A DNA stretch of 64,000 bases. It comes from Carpediemonas membranifera BICM. Lineage: Eukaryota > Protista > Fornicata. Numbering within the stretch: the first letter of the stretch is position 1; each line of letters begins with the position of its first letter. Shown here piece by piece: positions 1 to 9,733 of this stretch. The position numbers and the translations under genes were made by a program. The DNA is taken from positions 186,001-250,000 of the forward strand of contig JAHDYR010000008.1 in the NCBI GenBank assembly GCA_019828565.1, written 5' to 3'. The notes beneath the pieces are model-generated. The model was not told where the DNA came from. It ran no database searches and saw nothing but the letters and a program-made list of their open reading frames with translations.

Positions 1-1149
1 AGCGTCAAGCATAGCTGCGCCATCGCCATGGTTCGCGGTTGCTAGTGCCAGCCGGTCAACGAGGGCAAGGCCTGCGGCGGCCCCGAGCAAACAACGGACG
101 TCTGAGTCATCGAGCTTGTCCTTAGTGGATGTATCGCGTGCTCTGACAACAGAGATAATCATTTGATCAAAAAGGAGGACGGCAACGATGTGAACGAACC
201 GAGGGCGGACTGTACCGTCTGCAATGGCCGCCCGGGCCTTTGCGATGAATGCATTGGCGGTCTGTACGGCTGTAGTGGCTGAGCACTGGCTTCTTAGTGT
301 CTTGGCCAGCTGTTTGTCCCCCTTCATGGTGATTGCGGTGATCTCGTCGTGTCTGAGAGAGTACTTTCCACTTGGGGTGAGTTGAAGGACTGGAAGGAGC
401 TCCATGAGGCCTGCTAGAAGGCCGATGGGGGAATTATTGTCGCCAACACGGCCGGCAACACCAGGAATCATTACCCCGGCAAGCAGGATGGCTGGGAACA
501 CAGAGGCGTCGGCTTGCGGGTCCGTGAGACCGGCCACAATGTTACGGCCGGCCATGGCTGCGGGCATCATGGCAATAATGGAGGACCGCAGCTTCGACGA
601 GAGCGAGCGAAGCATGCTTATCATTTGATTGGTGAATGGTGACTCGATGAGGCTGAAGATGGCCTCCTCGGTAAGCTGGGGCGGCATGCCCACGGCATCC
701 CTTACCCTGGCGAGCATGGCCAGCCTGGCCCTGATTTGCGGCAATCTGGACGGAAGCATGGCAATGCGGATGTAGTTCTCGAGAAGACGGTAGTATGGGT
801 AGGCGAGGATGGGAGTATGAACGACGGATATGGTCTCAAAGTCGTTCATCACCTTGTAAAGAACCTGGTATGCAGTCTCGAGCCAACGGTGGAGGTGCTC
901 CATCAGAGCGTAGAGGGGGGTGTACCACTCCACGAGCTCCTGGGCCCGGGGCTCGAGTGTCTTGTATGCAGGAAGGCTCGTGAAGCCTGGTGGAACGTGA
1001 GGAAACTTCTGATCCAGGGATTTGAACAGCTTGGCGGTGGTGCTGTCCTTCTCGAGCTCGTGGAGGTAATCATCGGGCTGTATCTGATCAATCGTCTCTA
1101 AAATACTGCGAGACTCTCCTATTAGGATCTCGAGCGCTCTTAAAGCCAT
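1..1149 (-). CDS. Partial (runs off the left edge) Nap1/Hem/NCKAP1-like WAVE-complex subunit
   Basis: Not in the ORF track because it has no stop in the window. Manual translation from ATG 1149 is open to position 1: MALRALEILIGESRSILETID...KLFKSLDQKFPHV...ELVEWYTPLYALMEHL...YYRLLENYIRIAMLPSRLP. The pattern recalls the NCKAP1 N-terminus (RKFP, Y..L...Y..L..L.SR). Family call is from recall only. Confidence 0.5.
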   Translation of the reverse strand, partial: MALRALEILIGESRSILETIDQIQPDDYLHELEKDSTTAKLFKSLDQKFPHVPPGFTSLPAYKTLEPRAQELVEWYTPLYALMEHLHRWLETAYQVLYKVMNDFETISVVHTPILAYPYYRLLENYIRIAMLPSRLPQIRARLAMLARVRDAVGMPPQLTEEAIFSLIESPFTNQMISMLRSLSSKLRSSIIAMMPAAMAGRNIVAGLTDPQADASVFPAILLAGVMIPGVAGRVGDNNSPIGLLAGLMELLPVLQLTPSGKYSLRHDEITAITMKGDKQLAKTLRSQCSATTAVQTANAFIAKARAAIADGTVRPRFVHIVAVLLFDQMIISVVRARDTSTKDKLDDSDVRCLLGAAAGLALVDRLALATANHGDGAAMLDA

Positions 1150-1320
1150 CGTTGTCGTTCGTCCTGTTTCTGGAAATTTATCCAAGAGGACCTCGGTGGG
1201 CCAGGATGAATTGAGCTGCCGCTGAGTCTCATTTGGCAGTATCATGTCACCTAAGTCGCCAATCACGCTGTCAGTAAACTCACAGTAAAACCCAGCAGTT
1301 TAAGGGCAAGGAAAATCGAA

Positions 1321-2862
1321 ATGGCCGATAGGAACGTTCGGAAGGGCTTTGACGCCTTTAATAGCCGGAAATCTCGTGGTAGTGAGGTTGATTCTCTTCG
1401 TAAGAAGAAGCGTGATGACGTTCTCACCAAAATGAGCTCGGAAATCGAGGACATTGATTTCCGCGGCGCAGAGACCACTATCGATGAAGCTATTTTCGAT
1501 AATTGCCAGCGCCCTGAGCACCCTGACGACTATGTTGCTCTTGTCCTCGGTCTGCAATCCCCGGACCCCACAACTCACCTCCAAGCCGCCTATTCCCTTC
1601 GTCTTGGCGGCGCCCTCAACCGCGCCGACATATTCCAGCACATGGTGAACGCCGGTGCGCTCCCCCTTGTTATCAACCACATTGCGACGTCCCAGTCGCC
1701 TCGTATGCAGCTTGAGTGCGCCTGGCTACTCACCAACATCGCCAGCTGCGATAGGTTCACCACGACAGTGATCCAGAACGGTGCCATTCCCGTAATCATG
1801 CGGGCAGTGTCGAGCGGTCCTCATTCTGTTGCCTGCCAGGCCGCATGGTGCCTCGGTAACTTCGCAAACGAGGGCGACACCTACAAGAAGCTTTTCCTCA
1901 AGGAAGGTATGCACGATTGCATCGGCCGGCTCCTGATACATCCAGAGACCACCACTAAGCACATCCAGACGCTCTCCTGGGCGATTGGCTCGATCATCCG
2001 GTTCCAGATAGACTCTGCTGAGGCGCTCGAGCTCCACCACACGGCCCAGAGCGTTGTTCCGGTCCTTGCCGCCTCTCTACGCCGAATGGACATGACGTCG
2101 AACGACAAGGAGGTCCTTGCGGCCATCACCGACATCTTCTTCGCTGTATCATACGCCAGTGAGGGCAACGATGAGGACATCAAAGCCACCGTTGACGCAG
2201 GCTTCATCCCCATTTGCATCCAGTTCCTCTACACGAGCACCAGGGCTGCTGGGCCCGCTGCCCGCATCATTGGCAACATCACCTCGTGTGATGACAATAT
2301 CTTCTCAGATATCGCCATCAAGGGCGGGATCCTGGCGGCCTTGCAGTACTGTCTGACCAGCGAGAAGTCCTACCTCCGTAAGGAAGCGCTCTGGGCACTC
2401 TCCAACGTCTGTGCTGGTACGTCTGAGCAGCTCACGGCACTGTTGTCCCACGGCATTCTTACAGACATCATCGCCGTCCTCAAGAGAGCAGAGGCGATCG
2501 TCAAGGAGGAGGCATCGTACTGTATTCTCAACTTTGCGTGTAACGCGTCCAGAGAGCAGATTGAGGTTGCGGTCAATGATATGGATCTTCTGCAGATTCT
2601 TAGCGATCAGCTGAGGACGAGCAACAGAGCTCTTTTCCTCAAGACGATCCTTGACTCAATCAAATATATATTTGAGGCAATAGATTCACCGTATAATCCG
2701 TACGTTGATACATTTGCCGCTGCGAAGGGCGAGGACCGTCTTCAGGCGATGTCACACCACCCCAAGCGTGAGATCAACCAGCGTGCCGACTATCTTATTG
2801 AGACATACTTTGCCAACGAGGAGGAGGCCGAGTTTGACGAGGATGAGGAGTTCAATTTCTGA
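1321..2862 (+). CDS. Importin subunit alpha (karyopherin alpha)
   Basis: N-terminal basic IBB-like segment (LRKKKRDDVLTK), ARM repeats (ECAWLLTNIAS, QAAWCLGNFA, RIIGNI, KEALWALSNVCAG) and an acidic C-terminal ...FNF tail. Confidence 0.92.
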   Translation: MADRNVRKGFDAFNSRKSRGSEVDSLRKKKRDDVLTKMSSEIEDIDFRGAETTIDEAIFDNCQRPEHPDDYVALVLGLQSPDPTTHLQAAYSLRLGGALNRADIFQHMVNAGALPLVINHIATSQSPRMQLECAWLLTNIASCDRFTTTVIQNGAIPVIMRAVSSGPHSVACQAAWCLGNFANEGDTYKKLFLKEGMHDCIGRLLIHPETTTKHIQTLSWAIGSIIRFQIDSAEALELHHTAQSVVPVLAASLRRMDMTSNDKEVLAAITDIFFAVSYASEGNDEDIKATVDAGFIPICIQFLYTSTRAAGPAARIIGNITSCDDNIFSDIAIKGGILAALQYCLTSEKSYLRKEALWALSNVCAGTSEQLTALLSHGILTDIIAVLKRAEAIVKEEASYCILNFACNASREQIEVAVNDMDLLQILSDQLRTSNRALFLKTILDSIKYIFEAIDSPYNPYVDTFAAAKGEDRLQAMSHHPKREINQRADYLIETYFANEEEAEFDEDEEFNF

Positions 2863-2926
2863 GGCTAGCTTCCTGGCTCATTTCGGATAAAGGAGTGTGT
2901 TGATTTACTTAAGATTTTTTTAAGAC

Positions 2927-4570
2927 TTAATCGAATGGGGCCGGGGGTATTTCGACCATAAATCCCTCTGGTGGCGTCTGGCACTCGACCAGGGACCAGG
3001 CGGCGCCTCCTCCAATGTCAATGCGATGCCAGACTCCTGCTGTGTCTCTAAAGCAGTCGTCAACGTCGTAATGAGAGAAATGCGTGGTCTTGAACGGCAA
3101 AGTGAGTCTGCCCAGCAGAGGAGTCCACACATTAGTCTGCCCAATGGTCACCCAGACCACTTTGGTGTCGTAGTCAGAGAAAAAGCGGCTGACATCGCCA
3201 TTGAACACAAGTGGGGTCGCTGTTAAATACATATTACAGTCATTATTGCTCGCTGGGAGAAGCCCTGAGTCAATCAAACAGCGGGGTGCCTGGCCAGCAA
3301 CCAGGAGGTCTCCGCTGCTAACAAACACATTGAACAGAAGCTCGGTGTGCAGCTGGTCGACCCAGAAGGGGAGGGGGGTGAAGCGCTCGACCTTCTCATT
3401 GTGTCCGAGTCCCAGCTGACCCTGCTCGTTTTCACCGGTAATCATTTGATGACTGCCCATCGTCACGATCACTGCCCGACCCTCATCACGGATACGCTCG
3501 GGCACAAAGCCCTGGGGCATAGGAACTGGCATGAATACACGCGAGTTAGCTTGCCCATTCGCGCCGGTGAACCAAGCCATGTCCCGACCGGCCACGCACG
3601 TTCCCACTGGTGTGACTAGTATCGTTCTTCCATGTGTAAATGAGATAACCTTCACCGCCTTATGTTTGCTCCACTGGGACAGCCTTGCTTCGTACGACTC
3701 GATTGCCCATACACTGTGGAGATTCACGGGTGATGGGAACGCGATAAAATGCTCACGACATAGGGGGATGCTCAGCTGGTCGCTGTAGTTGCTGCCCCAG
3801 CCCCACAATCCTTTAGGCGTTACTGCCAGGAAGATACCGTCACCGCCGTCGTCGTCAGCGAACACGTTGATGATACGAGGCACGCGTCGCCACCCGGAGG
3901 TGGTGTCGTGGCCGACGCGTCGTCGGAAGAACCTGCCCCAGTAGATGTAATCAGCGACATACTTGTTGAGAGGGCAAATGTCGCATTCTTTTGACGAAAC
4001 TTGCTGGGTGAAGAAGAGCTTTTTGCAGAGAAACCAAAGAATACTGTCTTCGTCCTTGAAGGTAACCACACTGTTGGCAGGCTTTCTAATCCCATCAACA
4101 TCTGGGTTGGCCCCCGCTTGCATCATAATCGCCCAAATCGTTCCCTGGAGCAGAGTGTGCAATGCGTCGGGAAGCGTCTCGCCGTCTGCCAGCTCCACGT
4201 TCATACTGAGAGTTGGACCATCCGTGAGTATGCGCACGGCATGATTGATGAAGCATGTTGCGCGTGCTACGCCTGGCGTGAGCAACTTGTCAAGGAGACA
4301 TGGTTTGAGCAACAGCAGTGACGATTGAATGCTCTTAAGAAGAACTGTGAGGTCATCAAGAGAGTCAATATTGGTCGTTTTGGAAGAGTTCTTGGATATT
4401 TCGCGGCAGAACATCGTCCTGTGAGCTGTGGCGATAAGACATGGAATAGAGCCGGGAATACCCTCTGTTACTGCTAAAGAAAGCAAGTATGCATTACATA
4501 AATCCTCTTTGAGCTTCAAATTGACTGTATTCACACCGCAAATTGATGCAAAGAGAGATTTCATCGTCAT
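2927..4570 (-). CDS. RCC1/BLIP-II-like repeat protein with F-box-like motif (expanded family, member 1)
   Basis: RCC1-type motifs GLWGWGSNYSDQL and GENEQGQLGLGH. Shared family motif LPDALHTLLQGTIW...LWFLCKKLFF. The ORF-track start at 4747 overlaps the neighbouring gene, so ATG 4570 (MTMKSL) is preferred. Confidence 0.72.
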   Translation of the reverse strand: MTMKSLFASICGVNTVNLKLKEDLCNAYLLSLAVTEGIPGSIPCLIATAHRTMFCREISKNSSKTTNIDSLDDLTVLLKSIQSSLLLLKPCLLDKLLTPGVARATCFINHAVRILTDGPTLSMNVELADGETLPDALHTLLQGTIWAIMMQAGANPDVDGIRKPANSVVTFKDEDSILWFLCKKLFFTQQVSSKECDICPLNKYVADYIYWGRFFRRRVGHDTTSGWRRVPRIINVFADDDGGDGIFLAVTPKGLWGWGSNYSDQLSIPLCREHFIAFPSPVNLHSVWAIESYEARLSQWSKHKAVKVISFTHGRTILVTPVGTCVAGRDMAWFTGANGQANSRVFMPVPMPQGFVPERIRDEGRAVIVTMGSHQMITGENEQGQLGLGHNEKVERFTPLPFWVDQLHTELLFNVFVSSGDLLVAGQAPRCLIDSGLLPASNNDCNMYLTATPLVFNGDVSRFFSDYDTKVVWVTIGQTNVWTPLLGRLTLPFKTTHFSHYDVDDCFRDTAGVWHRIDIGGGAAWSLVECQTPPEGFMVEIPPAPFD

Positions 4571-4703
4571 TGCCGCACTTCCACTCTGCCACGACCACGA
4601 CTCAGCCAGAGTCGGCCGGGGCAACGACTGATCCCTCTGGCCATAGCAAGGGTCGAGTCTCATGTGGCCGCAGGAGATACATGAGCTAATATAATTCCGC
4701 AGT

Positions 4704-7700
4704 TTACCTATACATTTCCTCAATGACCACTGTGGCATCTGATGCATTCAACCTGTAGGTCGCTGTCACAGGACCTGTTGCCACGAGTGCAGCCTCTCGC
4801 TCATCAGCGCTCAAGGTCAGCCATGGGGCACTGGCGTTTGCCAGGGTCTTTTCATAAACACTGAGGACCCTCGGGGCCTCGTCCAGCGTCGTCATGACAG
4901 GGGCGCTTGCACCAGCGAAGGTGGCGACCTCGTTGGAGCGCACAGCGCTCTCCGTGTACATGTCGGTCGAGACGGTGTCCGGGAGGATCGCGACAATATC
5001 AGCGAATGTCGGTCGGTCGCGCTGGTCTTGTGCCATGCAGCGGCGGATCAGCTCGTTCACGGCCATGGGTGTGTCCGCGGGGATCGTCGGCCGGTAGCCA
5101 GCCCGAACATGATCACGGATGGCGTCGAGCCCGAGGCGCTCCTGGCGGTACGGGATGTCGCGCGCGGCGATCTCCCAGAGCGTGATGCCGAAGGCGAAGA
5201 CGTCGGCCTTCTCGCCGCCCACGCCGTCGAAGCGCTCGGGTGCCATCCACGGCCACGAGCCCTCGACGTCAGTGCGTTCGTTCAATCTCGCTGTCAGTCC
5301 GAAGTCGCTGATCTTGGCCGTATCATTCGCGACGAGGACGTTGAGCGACTTGAGGTCCCTGTGCTCATAGCCCTCGCCCACCATGAACGCCATGGCCGCC
5401 GCGATGTCGCGTGCGAACTTCAGCCGCGCGTCCCAGGGCAGATGAGAGTTTGAAAGCAGCAGCGCCGAGAGCGACCCAGACGCGAGCTCTAGTGCGATCC
5501 GGGTAGTCTGCTCGCCCTGCTCAAGGGCATACAGTGCGATGACGTTTCTATGCCGTAGTTGCTTGTGGACGAAGATCTCGCTCTGAAGCTGGTCGGCCTG
5601 AACTTCGTTCAAATTGGCCAGATGCACCTCCTTGACGGCACACTGTGAGCCCCCGTACGTGCCCCGGAACACTTCTGCCATGCCACCAACGCCAATACAG
5701 GTCGACTGGTCAATGGTGATGCTGCCAGCGGGCTTGGTGATGTCGACGTTGAGGTTAGGTCGCACAAGTGGTTCGCGGTCGTCCTTCATCAGGAGCTGCC
5801 TGAGCTTACTCCTTCGCTTCAACACCTGACTGACCTTCTTCCGCTTGTAGACAGCGGTGCGGTCGGCACCGTACCGTAGCAGCAGGCTGACGATGTCATA
5901 GTTGCCGGCCTTGGCAGCAGCGAAGAGGGGCGGCATCATGCTTGGCACGCCGCGAACAGGGGTGCTTGCAGAGAGCAGTCTTCTAACGACGGCAGTGTCA
6001 GCCTTAGATATTGCTCGCAACAGCTGACCAGTAAGGTTGGTGTTGATTCCATCGCGAATAAGTCCTGACATCACCGGATCTGCCACTGCCTTCAGCGCCT
6101 GTATGGCGTTGGTTCCCACTGGCGGCAGAAGGGGGTCTGCCCCGCGTGCTAGGAGCTTCATAGCAGAGTCCTGATGGCCACCGAGGATGGCGACCACAAG
6201 CGCGGTGGTGTTCCGACTGACAGTATTGATGTCGACCTTCGCTTTCAGCATAGCGTCAAGCATGGCCGGCTTGGCAACGGCAGCAAGAAGTGGGTGGCCG
6301 TCCGGGAAAGATCCTTCGAGCAGGCATCCGGCCTTGATCAGGGTTGCGAAGGCCTCTGGCTGGTCGTTCTCGAAAGCATTGAACAAGGGAGACCGGCCCT
6401 CCCAGTCGAGACAGTTGACGATAATACGCTTAAACTTACGACTCCGAAGCAGCGGTTTCGACTTCACCTTCCGAATATCTCCGCTGATCACAGCGTCGTT
6501 AAGCCAGTCGCTCCTCTCCAGAGCATCCTCGACGCGCCCTCTCACCGCCCTCATTGGGTCCTGCCGGAGTCGCAGCACGGGGCTGAGTCGGATCAGATCT
6601 GCTCTCATTCCTGATACGATCGATTGGTGTTGCTCGGCATGCTGGCCTGCTGCCTCAAGGAGGATTTCTATCTGTGTCAGCAGCTGCTCTGAGTGACGCA
6701 GGTCGGCTGTATCATACAGGGTTGTGTCGAGCTCTGTGATCATGTCCGCTGCCTTGTTTGCTGCCGCGAGGACCTTAAGCACCGGCCAACCATTCGCTGT
6801 TTGAACCATTGAATCGACCGCAGTGTTCCTGCGAGACGACACAAACCCAGTCCTACTGAGTGTTACAGTGGTTGATGGCCGAGTCAGCTCCATGTAGAAG
6901 GAGTGGGGCAGACCAGTGGCGAGTATGTGGAGGAGGATGCGAGCGAGGTCGGAGTCTGTCACAGGAGAACCGTCCGAGACTAAGTGGATGTGACCACCAG
7001 CGGCAGGCACAGCGCATACGTTATCGAACTCGGCAGACAGGGAAGCAGAGTGCCGTGAAATGAACCATGATTTGATGGTGTCATCACTGGCTGTTGATAC
7101 GAGAGCAAGACACATGCTGGCAGTCATAAAGGTCACTCCAGTCACACCCTCAATGTGCTCAGCAAGTGTCAGAAGACAGGAACCATCAATCATCGACCAA
7201 ATCTTGACGGTCTTGTCTGCTGAGCCCGAGGCTAGCATGGTGTTGGTCGGGGAGAACGCGACACATGTAACCCAGTGATCGTGCCCTTGAAAGGTATGAA
7301 GAAAGTCCCAGGTCCTGGTGTCCCAGAGTCTGATGGTGCGGTCGTGCGAGCCTGAGGCCAGTAGCGCGCCGTCCGGGGTGAATGCCGCTGCACTGACAGC
7401 CCGCGTGTGGCCCTCCAGAGTCTGCTCGAGTCGGCCGGTCGCGACGTCCCATACTCGGACGGTCTGGTCGGCCGAGCCGGAGACGACAGTCCTGCCGCTG
7501 GGCGAGAACACGACCGCGCAGACGACGTTGGCGTGGCCCACAAGTGTCTTGACGCAGTCGCCGCTGGCGGCATGCCACAGTCTGACAGTCTCGTCGTCGG
7601 AGCCGGACGCCAGCCACTTGCCGTCGGTGGAGAACGCAGCGCTAATCACCTCGCCTGTATGGCCTTTCAGCGTCGCGATGCGCCGGCCAGTCTCAGCCTG

Positions 7701-9425
7701 CCACAGCTTGATCGCGCCCAGGCTCTTCTTGGTCGGCCCGCCGGTTGCTATCGCTGTGCCGTCGGGTGAAGCGGCGACGCAGTGTATTACGCCCTTGTGC
7801 TCCATCGTCACGCAGCCGCACAGCCCCCAGAGCAACGCGCGGCCGTCCCATGCTGCTGTCACCATCGTCTGGTCCGGCAAAACTGCGACGCCGGTCACCC
7901 GATTCGTGTGCTTCGCGATCGTCTGGATGCAGCGCCCCGGCTTCACTGTCATGCGCGCGTTCCACGCGTCCAGCAGCAGGTCGACCTCTGCCACGGACCT
8001 GCTGGCGACGAGGCGGCCCAGTCTCATGGTGACGGCGACAGCGGGATCGGACAGACTGACACTGAACTCACGCGGTGTTACCCCAAGCGCTATAAGGCGG
8101 TCGAGCACGCGGGATAGGTCTTCCGGAGTCAAACTTGCCTCCAACTCCTCCGCATGCAGTCGGACAACGGAGTCGTCCATCGCTTCAGCCTGGGTTGACT
8201 CACGCTCGACTTGCAAAGAGCCTCCGATGGACCAGAGTTTCACACTGCGATCATGAGAACCAGATACGAGTGTCTGGCCGTCTTGGGAGAAAGCGATGGA
8301 GGTGACACAATGGGTATGGCCCTCAAGCGACTGGAAGCACTCGCCGCTGCTGATGCTCCACATGTTGATGCAGTAATCCTCGCCGCCAGACGCAAGTGCG
8401 GTTCCGTCTGGAGAGAATGCGAGCGCGTGGACCGGCTCGGTGTGGGCCGGTAGCGTGCAGACGCACTCCCAGGTCCTGGTGTCCCAGAGTCTGATGGTGC
8501 GGTCGTGCGAGCCTGAGGCCAGTAGCGCGCCGTCCGGGGTGAATGCCGCTGCACTGACAGCCCGCGTGTGGCCCTCCAGAGTCTGCTCGAGTCGGCCGGT
8601 CGCGACGTCCCATACTCGGACGGTCTGGTCGGCCGAGCCGGAGACGACAGTCCTGCCGCTGGGCGAGAACACGACCGCGCAGACGACGTTGGCGTGGCCC
8701 ACAAGTGTCTTGACGCAGTCGCCGCTGGCGGCATGCCACAGTCTGACAGTCTCGTCGTCGGAGCCGGACGCCAGCCACTTGCCGTCGGTGGAGAACGCAG
8801 CGCTAATCACCTCGCCTGTATGGCCTTTCAGCGTCGCGATGCGCCGGCCAGTCTCAGCCTGCCACAGCTTGATCGCGCCCAGGCTCTTCTTGGTCGGCCC
8901 GCCGGTTGCTATCGCTGTGCCGTCGGGTGAAGCGGCGACGCAGTGTATTACGCCCTTGTGCTCCATCGTCACGCAGCCGCATAGCCCCCAGAGCAACGCG
9001 CGGCCGTCCCATGCTGCTGTCACCATCGTCTGGTCCGGCAAAACTGCGACGCCGGTCACCCGATTCGTGTGCTTCGCGATCGTCTGGATGCAGCGCCCCG
9101 GCTTCACTGTCATGCGCGCGTTCCACGCGTCCAGCAGCAGGTCGACCTCTGCCACGGACCTGCTGGCGACGAGGCGGCCCAGTCTCATGGTGACGGCGAC
9201 AGCGGGATCGGACAGACTGACACTGAACTCACGCGGTGTTACCCCAAGCGCTATAAGGCGGTCGAGCACGCGGGATAGGTCCGTGGCCGTGATGGGCGAC
9301 TCGCAGACAGACGCCAGCCTGATGTCGCCATGAGCCTTATGTGCATGAGCTGTCACTGCTTCTACGCGAAGATCTAACTGCTTACAGCTGCTACTGTGTG
9401 ATGTGGGCGTTTTAGTACGTGCCAT
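4704..9425 (-). CDS. Multidomain protein: two WD40 propellers, ankyrin repeats and a TKL-type protein kinase
   Basis: Canonical WD40 repeats (LEGHTRAVSAAAFTPDGALLASGSHDRTIRLWD), ankyrin motifs (GRSPLFNA, PPLFAAAKAGNYDIVSLLLRYGAD) and kinase motifs (GVGGMAEV, CAVK, HRDLKSLN, DFG, WMAPE). Confidence 0.9.
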   Translation of the reverse strand: MARTKTPTSHSSSCKQLDLRVEAVTAHAHKAHGDIRLASVCESPITATDLSRVLDRLIALGVTPREFSVSLSDPAVAVTMRLGRLVASRSVAEVDLLLDAWNARMTVKPGRCIQTIAKHTNRVTGVAVLPDQTMVTAAWDGRALLWGLCGCVTMEHKGVIHCVAASPDGTAIATGGPTKKSLGAIKLWQAETGRRIATLKGHTGEVISAAFSTDGKWLASGSDDETVRLWHAASGDCVKTLVGHANVVCAVVFSPSGRTVVSGSADQTVRVWDVATGRLEQTLEGHTRAVSAAAFTPDGALLASGSHDRTIRLWDTRTWECVCTLPAHTEPVHALAFSPDGTALASGGEDYCINMWSISSGECFQSLEGHTHCVTSIAFSQDGQTLVSGSHDRSVKLWSIGGSLQVERESTQAEAMDDSVVRLHAEELEASLTPEDLSRVLDRLIALGVTPREFSVSLSDPAVAVTMRLGRLVASRSVAEVDLLLDAWNARMTVKPGRCIQTIAKHTNRVTGVAVLPDQTMVTAAWDGRALLWGLCGCVTMEHKGVIHCVAASPDGTAIATGGPTKKSLGAIKLWQAETGRRIATLKGHTGEVISAAFSTDGKWLASGSDDETVRLWHAASGDCVKTLVGHANVVCAVVFSPSGRTVVSGSADQTVRVWDVATGRLEQTLEGHTRAVSAAAFTPDGALLASGSHDRTIRLWDTRTWDFLHTFQGHDHWVTCVAFSPTNTMLASGSADKTVKIWSMIDGSCLLTLAEHIEGVTGVTFMTASMCLALVSTASDDTIKSWFISRHSASLSAEFDNVCAVPAAGGHIHLVSDGSPVTDSDLARILLHILATGLPHSFYMELTRPSTTVTLSRTGFVSSRRNTAVDSMVQTANGWPVLKVLAAANKAADMITELDTTLYDTADLRHSEQLLTQIEILLEAAGQHAEQHQSIVSGMRADLIRLSPVLRLRQDPMRAVRGRVEDALERSDWLNDAVISGDIRKVKSKPLLRSRKFKRIIVNCLDWEGRSPLFNAFENDQPEAFATLIKAGCLLEGSFPDGHPLLAAVAKPAMLDAMLKAKVDINTVSRNTTALVVAILGGHQDSAMKLLARGADPLLPPVGTNAIQALKAVADPVMSGLIRDGINTNLTGQLLRAISKADTAVVRRLLSASTPVRGVPSMMPPLFAAAKAGNYDIVSLLLRYGADRTAVYKRKKVSQVLKRRSKLRQLLMKDDREPLVRPNLNVDITKPAGSITIDQSTCIGVGGMAEVFRGTYGGSQCAVKEVHLANLNEVQADQLQSEIFVHKQLRHRNVIALYALEQGEQTTRIALELASGSLSALLLSNSHLPWDARLKFARDIAAAMAFMVGEGYEHRDLKSLNVLVANDTAKISDFGLTARLNERTDVEGSWPWMAPERFDGVGGEKADVFAFGITLWEIAARDIPYRQERLGLDAIRDHVRAGYRPTIPADTPMAVNELIRRCMAQDQRDRPTFADIVAILPDTVSTDMYTESAVRSNEVATFAGASAPVMTTLDEAPRVLSVYEKTLANASAPWLTLSADEREAALVATGPVTATYRLNASDATVVIEEMYR
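7306..8120. repeat. Intragenic direct duplication, copy B (815 bp)
   Basis: Matches 8467-9281 at an offset of 1161 bp. I see one difference, which is synonymous (7821 c vs 8982 t). Confidence 0.92.
8467..9281. repeat. Intragenic direct duplication, copy A (815 bp)
   Basis: Matches 7306-8120. Encodes most of the ~60-aa module plus about 5 WD40 repeats. Confidence 0.92.
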
Positions 9426-9733
9426 TGTCTCGAATCACTGTGTAAGTCTTGTTTGATGGCGTAAAGGCTTCATGGAGCCAAAAAGCATAATAACGAACCA
9501 ACTGGGTAATAATCGCGTTGAATGGCATACTTTTTGCACCATCTAACTGTTGCTAGATCGGCATTCATGCTGAAGCACGGTGTGACTCGGACAAGTCGAT
9601 ATTTTGTGACGCCAAAGATCGTGACAATTCACGCGAGCAGTCAACAAACAGCATCCAAGCTCACCTTTGTCTCTCCTCAAGCCCCACCTCCCATGTCACA
9701 ATCTCAGCAACCAACGAGCTCCGGCCTTTAGTC

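Noticed and set aside
7186-9333. Long antisense and alternate-frame ORFs over the WD40 gene (and similar ones over other genes)
   Set aside because: They are shadows of GC-rich coding sequence, duplicated only because the underlying DNA is duplicated, and have no domain signatures.
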